DNA of 64,000 bases, taken from positions 28,206-92,205 of IMG/VR virus record IMGVR_UViG_3300007722_000005; one strand, given 5' to 3'. Source of the DNA: a virus. The first letter of the stretch is position 1, and each line of letters begins with the position of its first letter. The notes under the pieces are model-generated. The model worked only from the letters and a program-made list of their open reading frames with translations, was not told the origin of the DNA and searched no databases. The position numbers were made by a program, and so were the translations under genes. This document shows, one piece after another, positions 24,118-32,601 of this stretch.

Positions 24118-24312
24118 CTACTGTGCTATCTTGGTCTTTCTTAGAGCACCGACAGCCATTTTGACAACACGAGGATGGGTTTTCATCCGAAGTATGTAGA
24201 AAGGTTTCCCTTCAATATCTTCGGTCCCCATATAAAAGGCTTCAAAATACTCACCGGACATGATGTTCGTGTATGCTGCTAGTGGGTATTTTTTTGTTCT
24301 GCTTTGTTTCAT
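24118..24312 (-). CDS. hypothetical protein
   Basis: ATGA overlap with folE. Confidence 0.55.
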   Translation of the reverse strand: MKQSRTKKYPLAAYTNIMSGEYFEAFYMGTEDIEGKPFYILRMKTHPRVVKMAVGALRKTKIAQ

Positions 24313-25034
24313 TTTTCTGCGGACTGCATCCTAATATTGTTATAAAATTCTGCCTTAACAGAATCGTTGTGGAATAGACCGTGGACAACTGACGTTTGAG
24401 TGAGACTCGAGTGGGCTTCAACTCCTCTGTTCTCCATACAACCATGATGGGCTTGTATATAAACAGCAACATTTTCTGTGTCAGTTGCGTTCTTGATTTC
24501 GTTTGCTATTTGATTGACGAGGTCCTCTTGCAGCTGGCCGCGTCTCGCACACCACTGCGCAATTCGAGCGTATTTCGAAAGCCCAATAACTTCACCCGTC
24601 GGGATAATCCCAATATATGCTACACCATTGACTGGTTGGTGGTGATGTGAACACATTGATGTTATTTCTGCACGAACAACTAACATTCCCTCAAACCTGT
24701 TAGGTCCTTCATTGGGGAATGCGGTAATATCTGGTTTTGCTGTGTATCTGCCGACCATCAGCTCGTTGATATACATCTTGGCGAGACGCCTCGCCGTTCC
24801 TTTAGAATTTGGGTCATTATTGACATCAATGACAAGTGAGTGCAGCACTCCTTCAAACTTTGAAGCTACCTCGTCAATCAACTGATTAATCTCACCATCT
24901 TGTATTGCATCGGAGATGTTGTCGCCAGCCCAAAATCGTTTGTTGTTTGCAATTAGCCGTTCGCGAATATAGGTTGATGTCGGTTTGCGCGACACTGCTA
25001 TACCTTTATCTTCGTCGTCATACAAAATATTCAT
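24309..25034 (-). CDS. folE: GTP cyclohydrolase I
   Basis: SMCSHHHQP, IGLSKYAR, QLQE, HGCMENRG. Confidence 0.96.
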   Translation of the reverse strand: MNILYDDEDKGIAVSRKPTSTYIRERLIANNKRFWAGDNISDAIQDGEINQLIDEVASKFEGVLHSLVIDVNNDPNSKGTARRLAKMYINELMVGRYTAKPDITAFPNEGPNRFEGMLVVRAEITSMCSHHHQPVNGVAYIGIIPTGEVIGLSKYARIAQWCARRGQLQEDLVNQIANEIKNATDTENVAVYIQAHHGCMENRGVEAHSSLTQTSVVHGLFHNDSVKAEFYNNIRMQSAEK

Positions 25035-25043
25035 GGGCGTCCT

Positions 25044-25247
25044 TTAGTAATTATCGTGTGAATGTGCCGTGCGGGTCATATCATTGTGGAAATTAATTAG
25101 ATCGTTCTCTGCTTGGTCAACGACTTGTTCGACCCGAACAGCTCCAAAATCGATTCGAAGCTGTGTTATAACGTCCCTTTTCGGCGTCCCTTTAAGGAGA
25201 AGGTCTATTGCCTCATTAATTATTGGAAACGATGAATTCGTTTTCAT
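25044..25247 (-). CDS. hypothetical protein
   Basis: Operon-packed ORF. Confidence 0.5.
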   Translation of the reverse strand: MKTNSSFPIINEAIDLLLKGTPKRDVITQLRIDFGAVRVEQVVDQAENDLINFHNDMTRTAHSHDNY

Positions 25248-25638
25248 TGGTGAATCCCTCTTTAACGAGTTTAATGTGCTTACATTTGTTGTGGTATTTG
25301 AATCCTGTACAATCACAAGCAAAGTGGTCTCCACTTCGGCTAACATTGTACATTTTTCCTTTTGATCCTGCAACAGGAAATTCTTGATACTGCACGCTTT
25401 TGCCTGAGGACTTCATATCAACAACATTATTGATGCTAATTATTGATATGGGGAACCGACTATTGCCTGTTTCAACTGTAAAACTATCAGCGGGAACCCA
25501 CGGCGCATTTCGAAGCACTATACCTTGATAACGAAAAGTCTCGAAAGGCAAATCTTTGGATGTGAAATAGTTGATGTTGCGGTGTGAGGTTACCACCGCA
25601 ACATCAGACCCAACTGCTGGAATTTGAATATTATTCAT
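25216..25638 (-). CDS. SWIM zinc-finger protein
   Basis: CDCTGFKYHNKCKH. Confidence 0.8.
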   Translation of the reverse strand: MNNIQIPAVGSDVAVVTSHRNINYFTSKDLPFETFRYQGIVLRNAPWVPADSFTVETGNSRFPISIISINNVVDMKSSGKSVQYQEFPVAGSKGKMYNVSRSGDHFACDCTGFKYHNKCKHIKLVKEGFTNENEFIVSNN

Positions 25639-25684
25639 AATGCCAGCTTACACTAGATTACTGGTGAGGTCAACCCCTCATTAA
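25630..25684 (-). repeat. 55-bp promoter cassette, copy 1 (TTGACC-N17-TAAGCT, leaderless ATG)
   Basis: 1 mismatch to 26461..26515. Confidence 0.88.
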
Positions 25685-25930
25685 AAGATCTTTTTGAACT
25701 GGAACTACAGAATCTTCATACTTAAGCTTAGTGAGCGCCATATAATCAAGGTGCCGCCTAAAGCCATTATTAGAGATTTTCCAGCCGTGGAACTTTGACC
25801 ATTTGCTCGGATTGTTTCGCTTGAGCTTCTTGAGCGTCCCACCCTTGATTGAGTAGAGCCACTGTTCATTAACGTTCCAGAAGTAACCTGGATACTTGGT
25901 TGCGGTGAAACCGCTTGGTAATGTTACCAT
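25670..25930 (-). CDS. hypothetical protein
   Basis: ORF ending LMRG inside the repeat. Confidence 0.6.
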   Translation of the reverse strand: MVTLPSGFTATKYPGYFWNVNEQWLYSIKGGTLKKLKRNNPSKWSKFHGWKISNNGFRRHLDYMALTKLKYEDSVVPVQKDLLMRG

Positions 25931-25996
25931 AATTAAGCTCCAAAGAAAGCGTACACGTCTTGCATTTTACCGCTAACCAGCGGTGGATTGTGCTTC

Positions 25997-26239
25997 TCAC
26001 ATTTCTTGTAGAAGAAGATCATGATCATGATCGAGTTTCTTGCTACTGAGCACTTGAAGAAGCATCCGAGCTTGAAACTCTTCTACCTCATTAAGTGCAT
26101 TGAGGCCGAGGAATGCTAATGCAACGGTACTCCATGCACTATGTTTCTCCTCCTCGGTGAAATTAGAGTCATGGAGTACGTCGAGATACTGCTTACCGAT
26201 TTTTTTGAGCTCATCAAGATTACATGGTAGAGTAGACAT
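25997..26239 (-). CDS. hypothetical protein
   Basis: TAATG-coupled ORF. Confidence 0.5.
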   Translation of the reverse strand: MSTLPCNLDELKKIGKQYLDVLHDSNFTEEEKHSAWSTVALAFLGLNALNEVEEFQARMLLQVLSSKKLDHDHDLLLQEM

Positions 26240-26469
26240 TACTTCTCCTTGAATCCTTCGATCACACCAGATACCCCAGCGTGATAAATATCACGATAAC
26301 CATCTGGTGTTGCAACGTAAAGCAGCATTGAGATAATGAGGGCGATACCGACGATGACCGCGAATATCGCTCCAATCCACTTAACAAAAAACAGCAGAAC
26401 CTTCGCCCCTAAGTAGACGCAAAAGCCTGCTGCGAGTAACAGTAAAATTTCCATAACATTATTATTCAT
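26239..26469 (-). CDS. membrane protein
   Basis: Two hydrophobic segments. Confidence 0.6.
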   Translation of the reverse strand: MNNNVMEILLLLAAGFCVYLGAKVLLFFVKWIGAIFAVIVGIALIISMLLYVATPDGYRDIYHAGVSGVIEGFKEK

Positions 26470-26515
26470 AATGCCAGCTTACACTAGATTACTGGTGAGG
26501 TCAACCTCTCATTAA
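26461..26515 (-). repeat. 55-bp promoter cassette, copy 2
   Basis: Matches 25630..25684. Confidence 0.88.
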
Positions 26516-26815
26516 TTGAAATTTCTTGAGTGGCTTACGCTGATCACCTACAAGAGGAAACGTACAGATAGCTGTATGACCAGCAATCTCTGGCATCGTC
26601 TCCTTGAAGATCTTGTACTTGATCCCATGCATCTCAAGGTGCATTGCAATCTCTTCGAGCTCTACTTCACATTTTGCAGGAGAGAGTACAAAATTAACTG
26701 CGCCCTCTTGAGGACCAATTTCTGATCCAACCCACATACAGACGTGGCCTGCTTGCACAATCTGCTGAGGCACAGTGAGATCGGTTCTCACGAACACATA
26801 TGAGTATTTGTTCAT
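26501..26815 (-). CDS. peptidyl-tRNA hydrolase, Pth2 family
   Basis: YVFVRTDL..PQQIVQAGH...TAIC..P...KFQLM. Confidence 0.82.
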   Translation of the reverse strand: MNKYSYVFVRTDLTVPQQIVQAGHVCMWVGSEIGPQEGAVNFVLSPAKCEVELEEIAMHLEMHGIKYKIFKETMPEIAGHTAICTFPLVGDQRKPLKKFQLMRG

Positions 26816-27144
26816 TACGTCGTCTCAATTGTGGCATAATTAATTATGCGTGAGATCTCTTTGCAGTGATCTTCTGTCAGGGTTGGACCGAATATCTTTT
26901 GCAGTGCGTCAGGCCGGCACAGCCAGTACAATGCAGCGCGCTTCGCTGATATCAACGCGTGGTTGGCAGTAAGTCCGTTGTCAAGTTTGTTTTGGCTCGT
27001 CACCGGTGTGAATCCCTTACTCATATCTGCGCCACGGATGACGTTATAGATCAGGTAATGGAATGCCCTGCAGTGTTCAGCTTTTTTGAAGCAGTCTTTG
27101 ATCACAAGAAACTCATTTTTTTTATCTTTGAATACATAGTTCAT
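26815..27144 (-). CDS. hypothetical protein translationally coupled to Pth2
   Basis: AGGAG SD; HYLIYNVIRG..GFTP; TAATG overlap. Confidence 0.7.
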   Translation of the reverse strand: MNYVFKDKKNEFLVIKDCFKKAEHCRAFHYLIYNVIRGADMSKGFTPVTSQNKLDNGLTANHALISAKRAALYWLCRPDALQKIFGPTLTEDHCKEISRIINYATIETT

Positions 27145-27151
27145 GGTATAT

Positions 27152-27223
27152 CTCCTAGTAGTTGTCAAATTCGGGAAGGGATCTACTAGTGAGTCTTTAT
27201 GGTGGGTGTATCTAGAGTTTCAT
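27152..27223 (-). promoter_or_regulatory. amber-containing uORF (MKL*IHPP, 27197-27223) plus SD-overlapping hairpin
   Basis: AGGAG-N6-ATG AAA CTC TAG ATA CAC CCA CCA TAA; CTAGTAG/CTACTAG stem overlaps the downstream AGGAG. Confidence 0.6.
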
Positions 27224-27232
27224 CTCCATCTC

Positions 27233-27403
27233 CTATCGAAAGCTTTTAAGAATTGAAATAGTAACTACAATGATTGAGGACATAATTGCACCTACTCTGA
27301 TTGGATCAGTGCTCATGTAGATTAAACCTATAAGCAATCCACATGTTAGTGGAGTGACAGCGGCCAAATAGCAGAATATATCAGACCCAGTCAATTTTCT
27401 CAT
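27233..27403 (-). CDS. small membrane protein (56 aa), ends in TAG
   Basis: Own translation MRKLTGSDIFCYLAAV...ILKSFR; ATGA overlap upstream. Confidence 0.5.
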   Translation of the reverse strand: MRKLTGSDIFCYLAAVTPLTCGLLIGLIYMSTDPIRVGAIMSSIIVVTISILKSFR

Positions 27404-27600
27404 GTGTTAAGTAATAGCAGAGATGTGGTGATGATAGTACCTGCTCCAATAACCATAAAAAGGCGTGCCCTGAATTCAAGTTCCTGAATTCGATCTGCAG
27501 CTTCTTCGAGTATATCGGAAATACGATCCGGCTCCGCTCGAGGTATGCCTCGGCGAATCTCAGCGCGCTTTCTTAACCTGTATTTTATATCCCATGCCAT
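27400..27600 (-). CDS. hypothetical protein, paralog of 944..1126
   Basis: RLRKRAEIRRGIP..DRISDILEEAAD plus a hydrophobic tail. Confidence 0.6.
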   Translation of the reverse strand: MAWDIKYRLRKRAEIRRGIPRAEPDRISDILEEAADRIQELEFRARLFMVIGAGTIITTSLLLLNT

Positions 27601-27638
27601 ATATTCTCTACCGTACTTATATTAAGTTAAACATATCT

Positions 27639-27713
27639 TGGCGCTCCCGGTGGGAATCGAACCCACTGTCTCGGTTTTAGAGACCGCTGCCGCAACCAAT
27701 TGGCTTCAGGAGC
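27639..27713 (-). tRNA. amber suppressor tRNA (CUA), Trp-like body
   Basis: CGGU-CUCUAAA-ACCG arm, G73, canonical D and T arms, encoded CCA. Confidence 0.9.
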
Positions 27714-27719
27714 AAATAT

Positions 27720-28409
27720 TTATATCAACTTCCAGTTTGAAATTGGCATTAAACCATAACTTTTAGCTTCAACAGTTTTATATGTAAACACGATGTCCCC
27801 AGCGAGGCAAATTCTCATGTTTTCTGGCCCTATCTTTGAGGGAATGCTGTTCTCACGAAGTGTATATTCATTTTCCTCACCAGACCCCGTAAAATGATCA
27901 ACAGACGCGGGAAACACAAGCAACATTCCTTCGGTTGGTAGTATGCTAAAGTTGTGGGCGTTGAACTCATTCCACTCGGTTGCGTTCTGTGAATATATGT
28001 TTTTGTAGAATTGATTGGGACGAGGAGAAATAAAACAGATTCTATCCGGTGTAAATGATGTTGGAATGTTGACGTAATAAACAAACGACAACTGAGCGTC
28101 AGCGTGGTTGTGCACAGGGACACTCCAATCCTTCGTTATCATCAGCCACGACTTAACTATGTATAGGTTTTGAAATTCAGGATCGAGGCCGCACTCTTTT
28201 ATATGGTCCTTAACCGCACGACCTATGAAAGCATACAGATCAGCAAAAGCAACACCGTGTTGAAGATCGTTGTGACCCGTGTTTTCGTTAGATTGGAGAT
28301 TGTCGTTGCTGTGTTGAGGTAACACGTTAAAGAATGCTGGCTTAAATTCAGCAAATCGTGGATATACACTCTCCGTTATAAGAGTGGGAAACAGTCTGTG
28401 CTTTTTCAT
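27720..28409 (-). CDS. 2OG-Fe(II) oxygenase (TIGR02466-like)
   Basis: LFPT, HNH, SFVYYV, FPASVDH, RICLA. Confidence 0.82.
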   Translation of the reverse strand: MKKHRLFPTLITESVYPRFAEFKPAFFNVLPQHSNDNLQSNENTGHNDLQHGVAFADLYAFIGRAVKDHIKECGLDPEFQNLYIVKSWLMITKDWSVPVHNHADAQLSFVYYVNIPTSFTPDRICFISPRPNQFYKNIYSQNATEWNEFNAHNFSILPTEGMLLVFPASVDHFTGSGEENEYTLRENSIPSKIGPENMRICLAGDIVFTYKTVEAKSYGLMPISNWKLI

Positions 28410-28424
28410 ACTACCACCAAGAAC

Positions 28425-28646
28425 TTAATTTTCGTCATCAAATTCATAACCAAAATCTTCCTTGAGAATGTCGCGGATTGTGGCGTTGTCGTAAAACATC
28501 GATTCGTCGACAGTATCGTAGTCTGCATTAAACATCTCGTCAATAAAATGGACGAGTTTTTTTCTTTTGGTTGGAGCCTTGTCGGTTGATGTTAGTATTG
28601 CTCCAACACCCGCGTCAAATATTGCTGTTCCTCCAGCCCATCCCAC
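28425..28646 (-). CDS. hypothetical protein
   Basis: MGWAGGTAIFD..DYDT. Confidence 0.55.
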   Translation of the reverse strand: MGWAGGTAIFDAGVGAILTSTDKAPTKRKKLVHFIDEMFNADYDTVDESMFYDNATIRDILKEDFGYEFDDEN

Positions 28647-28659
28647 AATATTTACTCCC

Positions 28660-29250
28660 TTATTTCACGTAGTTTGCGACGATTGTCTTGCTGAGTTTCG
28701 AGAAGATTGTCTCAAAGATCTCTGCAACCCACTTACCGATGTTGAGTATCAGGTCCTCAAAGACAGTAGCAACAGCAACGAGAGGCCACTGAATTATCCA
28801 GAAGGTAATACGATCCGCTTCGCTCGTAGCGCGTGGAGTCCAGGCATCGATGAAGGATTCACGATCGTGTACTTTTATGCTGCTGTTAAATGGGTTCCGG
28901 GGTAAGTCCATGTTGAGCTTTAAGTAGTTGGTGATATTACCATCCGCATCGAATATTGCTGTGCTGTTGGTTTTACTCTTCAGGGCATGAAGCTTCAGGT
29001 CTGCAATGCTCTCTTGCAGCTTCTTACCTTTCTTCCTGACGTAGAAGAGCCACTTAACGAAAGCAACACCGATACCAGCACCGAGGTATGTTGGCAACCA
29101 CTTAACGAGAAGCTCTTTCCAGGTGAAGGAATCAAATAATCCCGGATATTCTCCTGCTGCAACCCAGATGAAGAACGCAACTGAACCGATGAAGAGCAGT
29201 GCTGAGACGATGTAACGGTCATCAGCAAACGCATACAGTTCAGCAATCAC
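28660..29250 (-). CDS. membrane protein
   Basis: Several predicted TM segments. Confidence 0.6.
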   Translation of the reverse strand: MIAELYAFADDRYIVSALLFIGSVAFFIWVAAGEYPGLFDSFTWKELLVKWLPTYLGAGIGVAFVKWLFYVRKKGKKLQESIADLKLHALKSKTNSTAIFDADGNITNYLKLNMDLPRNPFNSSIKVHDRESFIDAWTPRATSEADRITFWIIQWPLVAVATVFEDLILNIGKWVAEIFETIFSKLSKTIVANYVK

Positions 29251-29281
29251 AACGATAACGAATAAAGCAATTCACCACATA

Positions 29282-29740
29282 TTAATCTCCTCTTATCCAC
29301 ATCGCAGAATTGGCTGGAGTTTCAGATACCTTTACCATCCTCAGTTTCACACGACCGTCGCTGTAACCGTTATCACCTAACCAGATCTCGTTGATATAAT
29401 CAGCGAGCCACTTGGCAATACCTTCACAGCCAGTTCTTTCAACAACTACCATCTTACAGAGTCCCTTTTTATGGAGCTCTTCAAACGTATTGAACTCTGG
29501 ATCATCTTGAGCGACAAGTAGAGTGTGATCAAACCAGTCATCCAGATTTTCTTTTAGTGTTTTGAATCCACCGAAATCTGCTACCCAGTTACGCTGATCA
29601 AGAACCTCTGCTTCAAATTCAAAGTGAAACGCAAGTGCGTATCCGTGAATCAGATTGCAGTGAGTGTCTGCTCTCCACTGACGATATGCGACAGCGTAAC
29701 CTTTCTCATGCCCGTATGTCTTAGTACTTACAAATTTCAT
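29282..29740 (-). CDS. queD: 6-carboxytetrahydropterin synthase
   Basis: HCNLIHGY, DFG, FDHT, CEG, VSET. Confidence 0.92.
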   Translation of the reverse strand: MKFVSTKTYGHEKGYAVAYRQWRADTHCNLIHGYALAFHFEFEAEVLDQRNWVADFGGFKTLKENLDDWFDHTLLVAQDDPEFNTFEELHKKGLCKMVVVERTGCEGIAKWLADYINEIWLGDNGYSDGRVKLRMVKVSETPANSAMWIRGD

Positions 29741-29813
29741 AGAATCTCCATTACGTGAACCGGGAAGTTGATTGTGCGCCACCCGAGTGCCTCAATAACT
29801 TTTTTCTTTACGA

Positions 29814-30101
29814 TCATTTTTTCTCCAGTGCATGATACACCCGATACATAGCAGAGCCAGCAGCGATGTGGCCACCGTTTGTTGCTGTTCCGATATAATC
29901 GTAACTTCCATCTGCTGGTATTACTTCTCCAGTATAGATGAGACGCACTTCTCTTGATAGTTTGGTGGCTGAATCTTGGTCAATAAGTGCATACACGACC
30001 ACCTGAAATGGCTCACATTCTATATGTAAGAATACTGCACCTATGTCCAAGAGCAGGGAGTTTGACCCCATGTTCAGCGGAAATTTATGTATAACTTTCA
30101 T
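29814..30101 (-). CDS. hypothetical protein
   Basis: IHKFPL...TG...YIGT. Confidence 0.6.
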   Translation of the reverse strand: MKVIHKFPLNMGSNSLLLDIGAVFLHIECEPFQVVVYALIDQDSATKLSREVRLIYTGEVIPADGSYDYIGTATNGGHIAAGSAMYRVYHALEKK

Positions 30102-30553
30102 TTTGCCTCCCAGAAGAATTCTACCCACCTCTTATCGGTTTGTCTATCGATAAGGTAACCCGTAAGCACGGCGTCTGCCGCTGGTTTACCATCAACTACA
30201 ACCTCTGTATTAACAACTAGAGCAGCAAACTTTGCTTTTGGTAGTTGTTTTTGAACTTCCTTTAGAGTTTTTCCACTATCCACTATGTCATCAACAACTA
30301 ATATGTTACTTGTGTGTTTTTCATACAACTCGCGGATCTTGTCGCTTACAATTTGGTCAAACCCATCACGAGTTTGCCAATCCAGTACCTCACATGGTAC
30401 ACCAAGTTTGTGAGAAAGGGCAACAGCTGGAACTAATCCACCCCTCTTGATTCCTACGACAATTTTAGGATAGTAGTTTTCGAGCGCCATTTGTTCCATT
30501 ATTACCACAAGCGAGGCTTTGAACTTTTCGTGTGTGAAGTGAATTTTGCTCAT
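30098..30553 (-). CDS. type I phosphoribosyltransferase
   Basis: RGGLVPAV and LVVDDIVDSGKT (PRPP motif). Confidence 0.9.
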   Translation of the reverse strand: MSKIHFTHEKFKASLVVIMEQMALENYYPKIVVGIKRGGLVPAVALSHKLGVPCEVLDWQTRDGFDQIVSDKIRELYEKHTSNILVVDDIVDSGKTLKEVQKQLPKAKFAALVVNTEVVVDGKPAADAVLTGYLIDRQTDKRWVEFFWEAK

Positions 30554-30563
30554 TGTGGAAATA

Positions 30564-31019
30564 TCATGCTGGTCGTAGCTTGTATATTGGTTTTGGAGGA
30601 TAGCATGGGAAATCGATCCACACGCGGCTGTTGGGTTGTGTAGTGTAGCAGCTCTGGTATTCTTTTCCTTCATCATCGTTTACCATGTCGTAAAACACAA
30701 TTCCGTTGATGTCGTATGCGCGCCCACCTTTACTATCCTTGAAAATATGGCTACAACGGTTGTTCTGGAACAGATCTGCCCCCACTTCGTTCCATTCATG
30801 CTCGTCGCCGGTTAGTGGTGAAAGTGGTTCGAACGCAAGCAACTTTTCCAGCAACCCGAGAGCATACGACGCCGATGATCCCGAGTGGCCTTCATCCGCA
30901 AATTCGTCGACCATGTGAAGTATATGATTGCGCATGGCAACGTTCATCTCATCGCCGTCTTTTGCCATCCCAATCAAATCAAGTTCACGCTCTGCGTGGT
31001 GTCTTAAGCTCACGTTCAA
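30564..31019 (-). CDS. hypothetical phage protein
   Basis: GHSGSSA, PLSPLTG..EW, QNNRCS. Confidence 0.65.
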   Translation of the reverse strand: MNVSLRHHAERELDLIGMAKDGDEMNVAMRNHILHMVDEFADEGHSGSSASYALGLLEKLLAFEPLSPLTGDEHEWNEVGADLFQNNRCSHIFKDSKGGRAYDINGIVFYDMVNDDEGKEYQSCYTTQPNSRVWIDFPCYPPKPIYKLRPA

Positions 31020-31052
31020 TGCCTTTCTTTGAATTGTGTAGATTTCTTCATA

Positions 31053-31910
31053 TTATGTTCCCCATTCGTTCTTGAACAACGGCACCTGCAACCGGTCACT
31101 ATATCTCACCCCATGTTTCATTGCAAGGAGCGCAACAGCTTTATTGTTGAGGTTGTATACCGACTCTGTTCCACCAACCGGCATAAAATATGTTGACCCA
31201 AAGAATCCATGCTGTTGGTAGCTTTTTGTTGCGCGCAGAGCTTCTTCTGCATCTTCCTCAGTCGCAATTACATACTTCAGGTATGTTGGGCCAATCTTCT
31301 GATATTCCTCAACAATAACTGGTCTAATAGCATCTTCTTGGTTTTCTCCAGAAACAGAGAGTTTTGGAGAAACAGAAAACGTGATCTCACGTTGCCCATA
31401 TTGTGTTGATTGTGACAACCACTCTTTGAGATATTTGCTGAAAGCCACCGTTATTCTCTGTGTCCCGTTCGTTTCGAACGTAATGTGTTGGAGGTGTCTC
31501 ATTGCGGGGTTATTGAGGAGATCGGGGTAAGCACGCTGCCACCCCAGAAGCGGTTCACCTCCTGTGATGACGAGGTGTTCTTCTTCCCAGTGTTTGAATG
31601 GGAGAATTTTTGATATTTCGTACGCAATTTCATCCGTCTCAAGACTCGGAGAAAGATGTTTGAATCGAGGATCCCAAGAAGCATAAGAATCGCAGCCGGT
31701 AGCAACCAATGGTAGGTTACCGTAATTCTTATATAGTCCAATATTTGCTGCAGCAAGATCTCGCTCATTGCTCACCATACCTTTCGGCATATTAAAGCCA
31801 CCACATGTGAAATTACATCCAAACGTGCGCAAGAACACACTAGGAACGCCCATATAGCGCCCTTCACCCTGAATGCTATAGAATAACTCAGCTACTTTGA
31901 TTTTTGCCAT
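31053..31910 (-). CDS. queE: 7-carboxy-7-deazaguanine synthase (radical SAM)
   Basis: ELFYSIQGEG, GCNFTC...CDS, TGGEP, ETNGT, SPKL. Confidence 0.95.
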   Translation of the reverse strand: MAKIKVAELFYSIQGEGRYMGVPSVFLRTFGCNFTCGGFNMPKGMVSNERDLAAANIGLYKNYGNLPLVATGCDSYASWDPRFKHLSPSLETDEIAYEISKILPFKHWEEEHLVITGGEPLLGWQRAYPDLLNNPAMRHLQHITFETNGTQRITVAFSKYLKEWLSQSTQYGQREITFSVSPKLSVSGENQEDAIRPVIVEEYQKIGPTYLKYVIATEEDAEEALRATKSYQQHGFFGSTYFMPVGGTESVYNLNNKAVALLAMKHGVRYSDRLQVPLFKNEWGT

Positions 31911-32407
31911 TATGGCCTTCTATTTAATTTTTTCTGAAGCCGACGACCTTGCTCGACATGAAATGAACTTGCCCGACTAGTATACAACATTCCGTTCAAA
32001 TGGTCAAGCTCGTGTTGAAAGCAGCGAGCAGTTATTCCTGTGAACTTTTGTGTTATTGTTTCTTTGTTTGGAAGTTCAAAGCGAACTTTGATTGATTTTG
32101 GTCTCTTGATCTTAATGAATAGGTTTGGAAACGTTAGGCATCCCTCTTCAAGGAGAACAATGCCCTTTGCTGTTTGATCAACAATTCGTGGATTGAAGCA
32201 GACAAGTACAGGGTTCGACTTTATTGCAAACACCCGATATGGAAGACCAACCTGTGGAGCCGCAATTCCTAGCGCGTTTTTCGCAATCATCGTATCTGCA
32301 AGGTTTTTTGCAAGCTCGATTGGATCGCCTGGGAGAGCATTCCAGTCCCAATCAGGTTGAACTAATCTCAGTATTGCAGCGTCATCGGACACCAGGTCAA
32401 GAATCAT
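31910..32407 (-). CDS. def: peptide deformylase
   Basis: GIAAPQVG, EGCL, QHELDHLNG. Confidence 0.95.
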   Translation of the reverse strand: MILDLVSDDAAILRLVQPDWDWNALPGDPIELAKNLADTMIAKNALGIAAPQVGLPYRVFAIKSNPVLVCFNPRIVDQTAKGIVLLEEGCLTFPNLFIKIKRPKSIKVRFELPNKETITQKFTGITARCFQHELDHLNGMLYTSRASSFHVEQGRRLQKKLNRRP

Positions 32408-32601
32408 ATCAACTCTTTCCATGTGTGGCCACATGTTGCACACAACATTAGCCTCGTTGTTCTGCTTGGGTCAGTATCGTGTATTTTGTTGCCATATTTG
32501 TCGGTGACTGTAGGAACCACGTACTGAGACGAGATCACACAATCTTCCCTACTACACAGCGGCGTTGGTGTTTCTACCTCTGAAAGAAACTGTTTTGTCA
32601 T
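32404..32601 (-). CDS. small Zn-ribbon-like protein
   Basis: CxxxxC...CATC; ATGA overlaps on both sides. Confidence 0.5.
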   Translation of the reverse strand: MTKQFLSEVETPTPLCSREDCVISSQYVVPTVTDKYGNKIHDTDPSRTTRLMLCATCGHTWKELI

